Positions 1 to 9,339 of a stretch of 64,000 nucleotides of DNA are shown in pieces. The notes below the pieces were generated by a model. It saw nothing but the letters and a program-made list of their open reading frames with translations, had not been told where the DNA came from and ran no database searches. The stretch comes from an uncultured bacterium (GTDB lineage: Bacteria > Verrucomicrobiota > Verrucomicrobiia > Limisphaerales > UBA8199). Both the position numbers and the translations under genes were made by a program. The DNA is taken from assembly GCA_963749495.1 (NCBI GenBank), contig CAVVMW010000001.1:576001-640000 (forward strand). Direction: 5' to 3'. Positions within the stretch are counted from its first letter, which is position 1, and each line of letters starts with the position of its first letter.

Positions 1-899
1 CGGATCTGGGAGGCGTTGTTGCGGACGCCCTTGGCCACCACGCGCGGGGCCTGCATCTCCTGGCGATCGTAGCGCAAGGCGATGGCGATATGGGTCGGGT
101 TGGTGACCACCACGTCGGCGTTGGGCACGGCGGCCATCATCTTGCGCTTGGAGAACAGGCGCATGCGGCGGCGTCCGGTCTTGACCTGCTGGTTGCCCTC
201 GGTGTTCTTCATTTCCTCCTGGATGTCCTCGCGGCTCATCATCAAGTCCCGATGGGTGCGCCAGAATTGGTAGGCGTAATCGGCGGCGGCGATGATCCCC
301 ATGGCCAGCAGCACGCGCAAGGCGATCTGGAGGCTGGATTGGGCCAGAAACTCGACAAACCGCTGGAGGCTCACCGAGGTGGTGAAGACCGGGTCGTGCA
401 CCACCCGTTTGACCGTGGAATAGGTGAGGGAGGAGATGACCAGGAACTTGGCCAGCGCGACCAGGGCCGGGACGGCGGACCTGCCCGAGAAGACGCGCTT
501 GAGGCCCTCGACCGGGTTGAGGCGTTCCCAATGGACGCCGAGGGCCTCGGAGGCGGTGGTAAAGCGGTTTTGGATGCCGCCGGCCAGCAGGCCCCCGAGC
601 ATGGCGGCCACCACGACCGGGGCGGCGCATTGGAGAAAGAGCAGGGTGCCTCGCCAGGCATAGCCCTGCACGGCGTCGCCGCTGAGCGGGGTGTCGTGCA
701 AGTGGCCGAGGATTGCGGCCAGGGCGCACGCCAGGCTGCGCCAGGTCTCGGCGCCGGTAAAGGAGAGGGCGCAGATGACCGTCATCAGCACGAAGGCGGT
801 CTGGACCTCTGCGCTGCGGGCAATCTGGCCGTGCTTCTGCGCCTCCTCCAGCTTGCGCGGTGTCGGTTGTTCGGTCTTTTCGCCGGTCTGCTCGCTCAT
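1..899 (-). CDS. flhB: Flagellar export protein FlhB (runs off window start)
   Basis: Manual translation: MSEQTGEKTEQPTPRKLEEA N-terminus, hydrophobic segments, VVTNPTHIAIAL autocleavage motif near 85-110; follows fliR. Confidence 0.95.
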   Translation of the reverse strand, partial: MSEQTGEKTEQPTPRKLEEAQKHGQIARSAEVQTAFVLMTVICALSFTGAETWRSLACALAAILGHLHDTPLSGDAVQGYAWRGTLLFLQCAAPVVVAAMLGGLLAGGIQNRFTTASEALGVHWERLNPVEGLKRVFSGRSAVPALVALAKFLVISSLTYSTVKRVVHDPVFTTSVSLQRFVEFLAQSSLQIALRVLLAMGIIAAADYAYQFWRTHRDLMMSREDIQEEMKNTEGNQQVKTGRRRMRLFSKRKMMAAVPNADVVVTNPTHIAIALRYDRQEMQAPRVVAKGVRNNASQI

Positions 900-1062
900 A
901 CTCTGACCCGCGCACAAACGCGGAGCACCCGAAGAGCCAGCCACGGAACACACGGAATACACGGAATACTGAAATCGGCCCGCCCTCCTTCCGTGTATCC
1001 CGTGTGTTCCGTGGTTTTTCCTCCAGGGCCGTGTTTATCGGTGTTCATCCGTGGTTTTCTTC

Positions 1063-1827
1063 TCAAGCGCCGCGCAGGAATTGGGCGACGCGGAGCATGT
1101 CCGCCGGCAGGCGGTGGAGGCAGTTGAGGACATGCTGGGCCGAGATGTCGAGGGTCAGGCCGAACACGGCCAGACCGCAGACGATTCGCACCGAGAAGCT
1201 CTCGGCAAAGACGTTCATCTGCGGCACGAGCCGGCCCAGGAAACCCAGGAGGATCATCGACAAGAAGGAGGCGGCCATGATGGGGCCGGCTATCTGGACG
1301 CCGACCAGGAAGACACGGCTGGTGTGGGTGAGGATCTCGGTGAAGAGGGCATCAGTCAGGCGGGCGCTGCCGATGGGGGCCAGGGTGTAGGTGTATTGGA
1401 ATCCGGTCAACAGCCAGTGGTGCATGTCCAGGGACATCATGAGGGTGCAGGTCAACAGGAACATGGCCAGGGCGGGCACCTGGGTGGGCCGCGCATTGGC
1501 CGGGTCGAACACCGACGCCATGTTGAGGCCCATCTCGTTGCCGATGACCTGGCCGGCGAAATCCGAGATGAAAAAAACCATCCGCGTGACAAAGCCGATG
1601 AGCAGGCCACAGAACGCCTCCTGGGAGAAGAGGCCCACCCAGCCGACAAACCCCAGCCTGCCATAGGGCAACGGGGGGAGGCTCGGGGCGACCAGCACCG
1701 CCAGCAGGCCCGCAAAGGCCACGCGCACCTGGACGGGGATGTTCAGCATCGTGAAGATCGGCAGGATGCTCAAGAACGCCCCCGCCCGCACGAAGACCAG
1801 CAGCCAGTTGTTGAAGTCCCAGTCCAT
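1063..1827 (-). CDS. fliR: Flagellar export gate protein FliR
   Basis: 254 aa hydrophobic; LLVFVRAGAF..PIF, AGQVIGNEMGL, GRLVPQMNVF motifs; operon position. Confidence 0.95.
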   Translation of the reverse strand: MDWDFNNWLLVFVRAGAFLSILPIFTMLNIPVQVRVAFAGLLAVLVAPSLPPLPYGRLGFVGWVGLFSQEAFCGLLIGFVTRMVFFISDFAGQVIGNEMGLNMASVFDPANARPTQVPALAMFLLTCTLMMSLDMHHWLLTGFQYTYTLAPIGSARLTDALFTEILTHTSRVFLVGVQIAGPIMAASFLSMILLGFLGRLVPQMNVFAESFSVRIVCGLAVFGLTLDISAQHVLNCLHRLPADMLRVAQFLRGA

Positions 1828-1841
1828 TCCAGGCCCTCATC

Positions 1842-2111
1842 TCACATGGCCATCTGGGGGATTTTCTCGATGATCGCGGTCGTGAACTCGACCAGTTGCC
1901 GGACTATCCATGGCAGCATCACCAGGAGCAGTCCCAGCACGCAGAGCGCCTTTGGGACGAAGCTCAGCGTCTGCTCGCTGATCGAGGTGACCGCCTGGAA
2001 CAGGCTCACCGCCAGGCCGACGATCAGCGCCACTCCAAGGAATGGCGCCGCCAGCAGCACGGCGTGCAGGATGACGGTCTTGAGCAATTCAACGGCAAAT
2101 TCCGGGTTCAT
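1842..2111 (-). CDS. fliQ: Flagellar export gate protein FliQ
   Basis: 89 aa; VGLAVSLFQAVTSISEQTLSFVPK signature; ATG at 2111. Confidence 0.95.
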   Translation of the reverse strand: MNPEFAVELLKTVILHAVLLAAPFLGVALIVGLAVSLFQAVTSISEQTLSFVPKALCVLGLLLVMLPWIVRQLVEFTTAIIEKIPQMAM

Positions 2112-2171
2112 GGAGAGCGTCAACGATTTTGAAAACGTGCGTTGGGAACATGAACCGGATGGGTGTCCCTT

Positions 2172-2272
2172 CAGCGCGAAGCGTTTTGGACTGCGGCAGT
2201 CCTCTGCCGCTTTTCAGACCCCAGCGGGCACGAAAGCGCCAGAGGACTGGCGCAGTCCAAAACCTTCGGGCT
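2172..2272. repeat. GGACTGCG(G/C)CAGTCC REP doublet; copies near 25346-25445, 28643-28742, 39276-39336 (half) and 43970-44066
   Basis: TTTTGGACTGCGGCAGTCCTCTG ... CAGAGGACTGGCGCAGTCCAAAA inverted arms in each copy. Confidence 0.92.
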
Positions 2273-2344
2273 TGGCGACGGTTCATGGAAAGAGGGTCGA
2301 GGGACAAGGGGTGTTCATCAGGGGTTCACCTGCCGTTGCCGGGT

Positions 2345-3406
2345 TCAGGATCCGAAACTGGAGATGAGCGAGCGCACGATCAGCGCCCAACCGTCCACCA
2401 GCACAAAGAGCAGCAGCTTCAAGGGCATCGAGATGGTCGCCGGCGGCAGCATCATCATGCCCATGCTCATCAACACCGTGCTGACCACCAGGTCAATGAG
2501 GATGAACGGGACCAGAATGAGAAAACCCATCTGGAAGGCGGTGCGCAGTTCGCTGATGATGAACCCGGGCACGACAACCCGCAGCGGGAGCTGGTCGGGC
2601 GGCGTCGCGGGCAGCTTGGCCAGGGCGACAAAGAGTTCGACGTCCTTGGCCCGGGCCTGTTTGAGCATGAAAGTCCGGACATGACCGGAGGCGCGATCCA
2701 GGGCCTCCTGGCCCGAAATCTGCGAGCCCTGGTAGGGCGCGATGGCGTCCCGGCTGATGTTCTGCCAGACCGGCGACATGATGAAGAAGGTCATGAACAG
2801 GGAGAGGCCGATGATGATCTGGTTGGACGGGGCGGCCTGGAGTTGGAGGGCGGTGCGCACGAACGAGAGCACGATGACGATGCGGGTAAAGCAGGTCATC
2901 AGCAACAGGATCGAGGGCGCCAGGCTCAGCAGGGTGATGGTGAAGAGGATGCGGATGGCCATGTCCACTTCCTGGGGTTGGCCGCCCGTGGGGATGTTGA
3001 TCTGGAGGGGGACCAGGCCCGACGCGGCACTGGGCGCCGTGTTGGTTTGAGCGCCGGCCCCGGCCGTACACAGAGCAAGGGCGATCAAGACGAGGGACAA
3101 AAGGGACAAAACGGACTTAAGGGCGGCCGGCGAAACTAAACAGCTTGGTGCAAAAACGCGGTGGGTGCAGGACCTTTCTCCACGGGCGCCGCTAGTCCGG
3201 ACCTTTGTCGCAACCTTTGTCGCAACCTTTGTCGGGTGGGCCATGCCTCGACAAAGGAGGCGACAAAGGTTGCGACAAAGGTCTGAGATCAGAGTTTCCA
3301 GGTTAGTTTTGCCAGCCGCCCTAAGGGACAAAAGGGACGCCAGCACTCCGCATTCCGCATTCCGCACTCCGCACTCCGCATTCCGCACTCCGCACTCCGC
3401 ACTCAT
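2345..3406 (-). CDS. fliP: Flagellar export gate protein FliP with repeat-derived N-terminal extension (start uncertain)
   Basis: LLSLAPSILLLMTCFTRIVIVLS, SELRTAFQMGF, LPLKLLLFVLVDGW motifs; in-frame ATG at 3406 overlaps fliO stop (ATGA). Confidence 0.93.
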   Translation of the reverse strand: MSAECGVRNAECGVRNAECGVLASLLSLRAAGKTNLETLISDLCRNLCRLLCRGMAHPTKVATKVATKVRTSGARGERSCTHRVFAPSCLVSPAALKSVLSLLSLVLIALALCTAGAGAQTNTAPSAASGLVPLQINIPTGGQPQEVDMAIRILFTITLLSLAPSILLLMTCFTRIVIVLSFVRTALQLQAAPSNQIIIGLSLFMTFFIMSPVWQNISRDAIAPYQGSQISGQEALDRASGHVRTFMLKQARAKDVELFVALAKLPATPPDQLPLRVVVPGFIISELRTAFQMGFLILVPFILIDLVVSTVLMSMGMMMLPPATISMPLKLLLFVLVDGWALIVRSLISSFGS

Positions 3407-4050
3407 TGCGTCCCTTCCGCCTTGCTGTTCGGCCGGCCCCTTAACAACTGCTGCAAGTATTGGCCGAAGGGGACGGGTTCGGGCGCGGGAGCGGGCGCGT
3501 ACTGGGGAGGGGTGGCGGCGGGCAGTTGGCTGAGCAGGCTGAGGCCCGCCGGGGAACTGCCGATGAGCAGACGCTGCTGCTCGTAGCCGACGACGTAGAG
3601 GGCATAGCGGCCGCCCAGGGGGCGCGATTCGAGGATGGCGAGCCTGGGGGGGCCGCTCTTGCGCCAAGCCAGGCGCTGGCTGTTGCGGAACAACCAAACG
3701 CCTCCGAGGAAGACGGCCAGCACCATGCCCAGCGCCGCCAGGGTCCGGATGGCGGACAGCCCGACGCTGGGCAAGTCGGTGCGGAGCGCCAGCAAGTTGG
3801 TGGAATCGGCCAGGGCAGCCCACGGCACGGCCAGGATGAACCAGAGCACGAGGCGGCGAAAGCGGGGGCCGGACGGGAGCCTGGCGGAGCCGCTTGGGCC
3901 GGTCAGCCGGGTCTGACGCGTCAGAAAGGTCAGACGGGTCAGAGGGGTCTGGTGAGTCAGGTGCTCCAGATAACTGGTCAGAGGGCGCGACGGAGGGGGC
4001 GGCCCTGGGGGGGCAGGGACGGCGCAAGGAGGGTTTTGGGACTGGCTCAT
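3403..4050 (-). CDS. fliO: Flagellar biosynthesis protein FliO
   Basis: TM segment then LAILESRPLGGRYALYVVGYEQQRLLIGSS (FliO pattern); ATG 4050 overlaps fliN stop; between fliN and fliP. Confidence 0.85.
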   Translation of the reverse strand: MSQSQNPPCAVPAPPGPPPPSRPLTSYLEHLTHQTPLTRLTFLTRQTRLTGPSGSARLPSGPRFRRLVLWFILAVPWAALADSTNLLALRTDLPSVGLSAIRTLAALGMVLAVFLGGVWLFRNSQRLAWRKSGPPRLAILESRPLGGRYALYVVGYEQQRLLIGSSPAGLSLLSQLPAATPPQYAPAPAPEPVPFGQYLQQLLRGRPNSKAEGTQ

Positions 4051-4316
4051 GGCTTGGGAGGGCTGTTGATCAACTCGGTGATCTTGATGCCGAAACGATT
4101 TTCGACCACCACCACCTCGCCCCGCGCGACAACCTTGCGGTTCACCGAGAGTTGCACCGGCTCGTCGGCGGTCTTGTCGAGTTGCACGACGGAGCCGGCG
4201 CCCAACTGGAGGACGTCGCGCATGGGCAACAGGCAACTGCCCAGTTCGACGGTCAGTTTCACCGGCACGTCCAGGACGATGTTGAGATTGGGAGATGCGG
4301 TTGCAGGTGCGCTCAT
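4047..4316 (-). CDS. fliN: Flagellar motor switch protein FliN
   Basis: LDVPVKLTVELG...ARGEVVVVENRFGIKITE SpoA domain. Confidence 0.95.
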   Translation of the reverse strand: MSAPATASPNLNIVLDVPVKLTVELGSCLLPMRDVLQLGAGSVVQLDKTADEPVQLSVNRKVVARGEVVVVENRFGIKITELINSPPKP

Positions 4317-4324
4317 AGCAGGAT

Positions 4325-5612
4325 TCAAGTTTTGACGGGGGCGGTCAATTCCACGGCCCAACGCTCGCCGGTGGTGCCGAGCCGGCCGTGGAACCTGGCG
4401 GATTGTTCGAGGCAGACCTCGACCTGATCAAAGCAGTTTGCGTCCAGGAGCAGCACGTTGCCGCACTTCAAGTTGGCGAGGTCGCGGGCGCTCAGCTCCA
4501 GGCCGTGCCAGGCGGTGTGGAGTTGGACGGGCACCTCGTCGAAGCCGGGGTTCCACTGGGGCGGTCCCTGGGCCTGGACGGCGGGACCGGCCTGGGCGTC
4601 GGCGGCCTGGGCCGAGGTGCGGACCAGAGGCTCGATGGTCAGAAAGGGGAACGCCAGTTGCATCTGCTCGACGCAATCGCCCAGCCGCGCCTCCATCGAG
4701 ACGATGAGCAGGACCGAGTCATGCGCGGAGCTGTTGAGGAACCGGGCGTTGCTCTCATGGCCGAGGATGACGGGGCGGGTGGTTTCGATCTTTTGCCAGA
4801 GGGCGCACCACTCATTGAAGATGAGGTGGGCCACCTGGTCCAGGAGGGCCGCCTCGATGTCGCTCAGGTCCCCGTTGGGGGCGACCGAATGGGCGGGGCC
4901 GCCCAGGAGCCGGTCCACGAACGTCAGGCCCAACCGGGGCGACATGTCCAGCAGGCAGACGCCTCTAAGGGGCTCGACCTTGAAGAGGGTCAGGTGGGTG
5001 GGGTTGGCCAGGCCGTCGGCGTATTTCTGGAAGCTCAGGGTCTGCAACTTGGACATGTGAAGGACCACCTCCAGCCGCAGGTAAATGGAGAGGTGGGCGG
5101 CCAGGGAGCGGATGAACTCCTCGTGCCGGAGCCGGAGCCTGCGCAGCTCGGCGCTGGTCAGGAATGCGGGCTGGCGGAAGTCGCAAAGCTGAACGTCCTC
5201 CGCCTTGAACCGCTTGGTGCGGCCGCCGCTCTTGAGCACCACGGGGCTGGTCCCCTCGGCCTGCACCTGGGAAAGCAGACGTTCGACCTCGCTCTGAGAG
5301 AGGACCTCACTGAGCGTGTCTGGAGCAAGGGCGCCCTTGCCGCTGCGGCCGGCTTCCAGTTCCGGGGCCGGGCCGCCCGCGGGTTGCGGGGCCTGAACCG
5401 GTTCAAGCAGGGCAGCCTCTCTGCCGGCTTGTCGGGAGTGAGCGGGGCTTTCCAGGCCCGCGGTGGGGACGTTCCGACCGGGGGGTGTCCGCAACGCCGC
5501 CCTCATCCCGCGCAGAGCGGGACTCCAGAGCCTGTTCTGCCTGCCCTGCCGGAACAGTTCCCGGGTCCTTGGCCGGTTCGGCGGGGGGGCAATCTGATGT
5601 GGCCTTGGCCAT
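4325..5612 (-). CDS. fliM: Flagellar motor switch protein FliM (start uncertain; probable frameshift in 5' region)
   Basis: EVLSQSEVERLL CheY-binding motif, DFRQP, DRLLGG, C-terminal SpoA domain; in-frame ATG at 5506, plausible natural ATG at 5612 in another frame. Confidence 0.9.
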
Positions 5613-5642
5613 AGAGTGGGTGCGGCTGGCAGACAGGCATTT

Positions 5643-6242
5643 CTATTGGATGGCGAACTCCGTGAAATAGACCTCCTGGGCGCCCGGCTGGCCCAGGATG
5701 CCATTGATGCCGGTCAGCAGTTCGCCGCGAATGATGTTGCGCGCCCCGGGTTTCTCCAGGTCGGCAATGGTCTTGGACATGAGCAGCCCGCTGGCCATGT
5801 CCCGCAGTTGCGCCTCCTTGGCGTCGAACCGGGCGCGGAAGTCCTGGCCGTCGCCCATGACGGTGATGCTGGCCAGGAGGTAGCGGGAGCCCATCGTTCC
5901 GGCGACATTGACGAGCAACTTGGAGAGCACGACGCTCTGGCGCTGGCCGGGGCGGGCGGGGCCTTCAGGAGCGGAGGCCGAGGAGGCGCTCTGGCTGGAG
6001 GCGGGCCCGCCCAGCATGGCCCGTTGAAGCCGCGGCGCCAGGACAAAGACGGTGACGGCATAGGCCACCAGGGGCATGGCCACCACGGCAACCCCTAGCG
6101 GCAGCCAGGCCCGCCAGCCGCCTTTGGCCTCTCGGGGCGTGACGGCCGCCACAGGCTCGGCAGAGTCGGCAGGTTCCGGCGCCGGACCGCGCGGGTGCTT
6201 TTCCTCCGCTCCTTTGACCTCTTCAGGGCGCTGGCCGGGCAT
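5643..6242 (-). CDS. fliL: Flagellar basal body-associated protein FliL
   Basis: Single TM, LVNVAGTMGSRYL, QLRD, EVYFTEFAIQ C-terminus. Confidence 0.92.
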   Translation of the reverse strand: MPGQRPEEVKGAEEKHPRGPAPEPADSAEPVAAVTPREAKGGWRAWLPLGVAVVAMPLVAYAVTVFVLAPRLQRAMLGGPASSQSASSASAPEGPARPGQRQSVVLSKLLVNVAGTMGSRYLLASITVMGDGQDFRARFDAKEAQLRDMASGLLMSKTIADLEKPGARNIIRGELLTGINGILGQPGAQEVYFTEFAIQ

Positions 6243-6248
6243 AGGCGA

Positions 6249-7073
6249 TTAGCGTTTGAGGTTGACCAGGTCCTGGAGGATCTCGTCGCTGGTCGTGACG
6301 ATCTTCGCGTTGGCCTCGAAGCCCCGCTGGGCCGCGATGAGGTTGGCCATCTCGCTGGAGAGGTCCACGTTGGACATTTCGAGGCTGCTGGAACTGATCT
6401 TGCCCAGTCCGGAAGTCAAGGGGGCGGCAGTCGTGAAGGTGCCTGCGGCATCCGTCTTGGAGTAGAGGTTGTCGCCTTGCTGGCTGAGGGCGTTGGGGTC
6501 CGGGCAGGAAGAGAGCAGGATCTGACCCCGAGTGAAGGTGGTGCCGTCGATCAGTGTCACAGAGATCTTCCCGGTGTTATCGATGCTGAAGGAGGCGAGG
6601 GTGGCCCCCGCGGCGGCGGTTGAGGGGGCACCGGTGGCGTCGATCTTGATATCGCCTTGGCTGGAGAGGGCGGCGTCGCTGAAGCCCTGGACGCGCAGCC
6701 CATCGGGGTTGACCAGGTAGCCGGCCTGGTCGAGGTGGAAGTCGCCGGCGCGGGTGTAGAATTGGGAGCCATCGGTGCTGTTTTTGACGGAGAAGAAGCC
6801 GTTGCCGCTGATGGCCAGGTCGGTGGACACGCCGGTATTGGCAATGGTGCCGTTGCCGAAGTTGCTCTGGATGGCGGTCGCGGCGACCCCCGTGCCTGCC
6901 TGGGCGGCGGAGCCGGCGCCAAGCATCGCGCTGAAGGTGTCCTCGGCATCGACCCGGCCGGTCTTGTAGCCGATCGTGTTGACGTTGGCGATGTTGTTGC
7001 CGACGACGTTGATGTCTTGTTGGAAGACATCGAGGCCGCTAACGGCCGTATTGAGAGCGGGAAACAGAGACAT
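6249..7073 (-). CDS. flgE: Flagellar hook protein FlgE (short, 274 aa)
   Basis: AVSGL...GNNIANVNTIGYK, DLAISGNGFF, YTRAGDF, LEMSNVDLSSEM..AQRGFEAN; directly after flgD. Confidence 0.88.
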   Translation of the reverse strand: MSLFPALNTAVSGLDVFQQDINVVGNNIANVNTIGYKTGRVDAEDTFSAMLGAGSAAQAGTGVAATAIQSNFGNGTIANTGVSTDLAISGNGFFSVKNSTDGSQFYTRAGDFHLDQAGYLVNPDGLRVQGFSDAALSSQGDIKIDATGAPSTAAAGATLASFSIDNTGKISVTLIDGTTFTRGQILLSSCPDPNALSQQGDNLYSKTDAAGTFTTAAPLTSGLGKISSSSLEMSNVDLSSEMANLIAAQRGFEANAKIVTTSDEILQDLVNLKR

Positions 7074-7077
7074 ATGA

Positions 7078-7518
7078 CTAAGGGATAGGTGGAGGTTTAG
7101 TTTGAGCTTGCGCTTGGGAAACGGAAATGATCTGGCTGAGGTCGTAGGGCACGCCATTGACAATCAGTGTGGGAACGCCGGACTGGAATTGGATGGAGGA
7201 GACGACACCGGTGGCGGTCTGGCCCTGGTCGGCCTGCACCTGGACGGTTCGGCCCAGGAGGTTGCTCGCCTGGAGCCCGGCGACGGTCTGTTGCATGGCC
7301 TGGGTCTCCTGGAGGGTGCTGAACTGGGCCATCTGGCCGAGGAACTCCGTGTTGCTGACGGGGTTCATCGGGTCCTGGGCGGAGAGTTGGGCAACCAGCA
7401 ATTTCAGGAAATCGTCCTGGCTGAGGGTCTGGGCCGGCAGTGCCGCCGACTGGTCGGCCGAAGACACGATGTCGGCCGGGAGTGCGGAGGTGGTGGGTGC
7501 GGTTGATGTGACAGCCAT
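7078..7518 (-). CDS. flgD: Hook capping protein FlgD
   Basis: LSQDDFLKLLVAQLSAQDPMNP...QMAQFS. Confidence 0.95.
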   Translation of the reverse strand: MAVTSTAPTTSALPADIVSSADQSAALPAQTLSQDDFLKLLVAQLSAQDPMNPVSNTEFLGQMAQFSTLQETQAMQQTVAGLQASNLLGRTVQVQADQGQTATGVVSSIQFQSGVPTLIVNGVPYDLSQIISVSQAQAQTKPPPIP

Positions 7519-7820
7519 AGGGTTGGGTGGGGGTTAAACGGCGTTATCGGCAGTGGTTTTCGAGTGCAAGCGCAGGGTCTGGAGGGTCGAATGTCGAGGG
7601 TCGAGGGTCGAGGGGGCGGAGCCGCACCGCGCCGAACTTCGAGTGACTTTCGCGACCTTCGTCGCAACCTTTGTCGAAACCCGGCCCAATTCGACAAAGG
7701 CCGCGACAAAGTTGCCAAAGCCGTCGAGAGCCCCGTACAGCATGGCGGAACCGTCGCTTCGACCTGCACGCTCGCCTGAAATCGGGTTCATTACATGGTT
7801 TGACATGGTTGATTGGTCGT

Positions 7821-9339
7821 CTAGGCCCACCATTGATTCCGGGCGGAGGCAGACCTGGCGCGAGCCCCTGGGTTGGTTGCGGAAGCTGCGGGGCGGGAGC
7901 CGGCGGGCTTTCTTGTGTCTTCGGCTTCGAGCGGGTCCTGCTCCCTCGAGGGATCCTGGCGGGCCGAGGGGCGTTCTTCACTGGAGAACGACATCCCCCG
8001 GTCATTGGCGGAGACCAGCGGGGCCAGCCGCACCCCCTGCTCTGCCAAGCGGTCCTGCAAGTGCTTCCACTCCGCGCCGAGGGCCGCAAAATTGCCTCGC
8101 TCAAGCACTGCCAGTGCCTCCAGGTGCCCTTGCTGCAACCTGACGTGCAGGGCCAGTTGGGTGTTTGCGTCCGGCTTTAACACCAGGGCCACCGAATTGA
8201 CCTCAGCCTTCTGCAACCCGGTGAAGGCGCTTTCGACTGCACGGCGCACCGCCTCGGCAGTGCCTGTGTGCAGCGTCGGCGCCTCGGATTGGGGCCCCGA
8301 CAACTGGCTGGCGCCATGCTCGGCGGGCGCCAAAACCGCCTCGCCGGCGCCTAAAGACGCCACCGCACCGGGTTCGGGGGCCGCTGCGGCCTCCTTGCGC
8401 ACGCGCTCGACCGCCCGGGCCAAAATGGCCCCCGAAACCGTGCCGGGCAAGTTCTGCTCAGCCGGGCAGGCATTTTCGTTCACTTCGGGCAAACCTAACA
8501 TTGCAGGGGTACGTGGAGCAGCCGACATACCAGAATCCGGAGGCAGCGGGCTTGGGGCGGTCGGGCAGACAGAGGAGGCGCAGCCCGACACCGCCGCCAG
8601 CGGCTGCGGCGACATGGGAGTGCGCCCGTCCTCGGGCGCAGCGACGTCCGGAGCCAGGGCAGCGGTCAAGTACTCCGGCGCGCCTGCCCCCTCCGTCGCG
8701 GCTGCGCCCGGGGACGGGCGCACTCCCTCAGGCGGGTCAGACCAGTCGGACGGGTCAGACCGGTCTGACGGGGCGCATCCCGACACTGCTCCCGCCGCCG
8801 GGGGCCGGACCGGAGTGCGCCCGTCCTCGGGCGCAGCAACGTCCGCAGCCAGGGCAGCGGTCAGGTACTCCGGCGCGCCTGCCCGCTCCGTCGCTGCTGC
8901 GCCCGGTGACGGGCGCACTCCGGGGACAGTGTCAGGATGCGACCGGTCGGAGGGGCCGGAAGAATCCGCACTTGGCAGGGTTCCGGGACGCAGGCAGGAC
9001 ATCTGCGCCCCGGCACCCCCGCGAGCGTTCTCCGGTGGACAAGAGGGCTTTGCGAGCAGGCTGCCGAACGAGCAAGGGAGCTGGCTGGTGTCCAAATCCT
9101 GGCTTTGGGCCTTCGAGCCTCCCTGCGGAGGCACGCCGCGCGCGCGCGCCTGGGCCGCCCTTGGGTGCGGCGCCGACAGGGCAGGCCCCTATCGGCTCGA
9201 CGCCGGAGGTCCGGCTCGCCTGGGCGACCAGAGCTGGAAAGTCGCCGCGCGCGATGGCGGGATCGGGCTCGCTGTGCTGGGCGTTGGACACTGCGGCCCC
9301 GTAGAGGGCTGCCGTCATGGGCGGGGGGGAGGAGGTCAT
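7821..9339 (-). CDS. fliK: Hook-length control protein FliK (one frameshift near 9140)
   Basis: Position upstream of flgD; long Pro/Ala-rich N-region; C-terminal domain (LVLKPD..LHVRLQQG..LQDRLAEQGVRL); ATG 9339 overlaps upstream stop. Confidence 0.75.
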
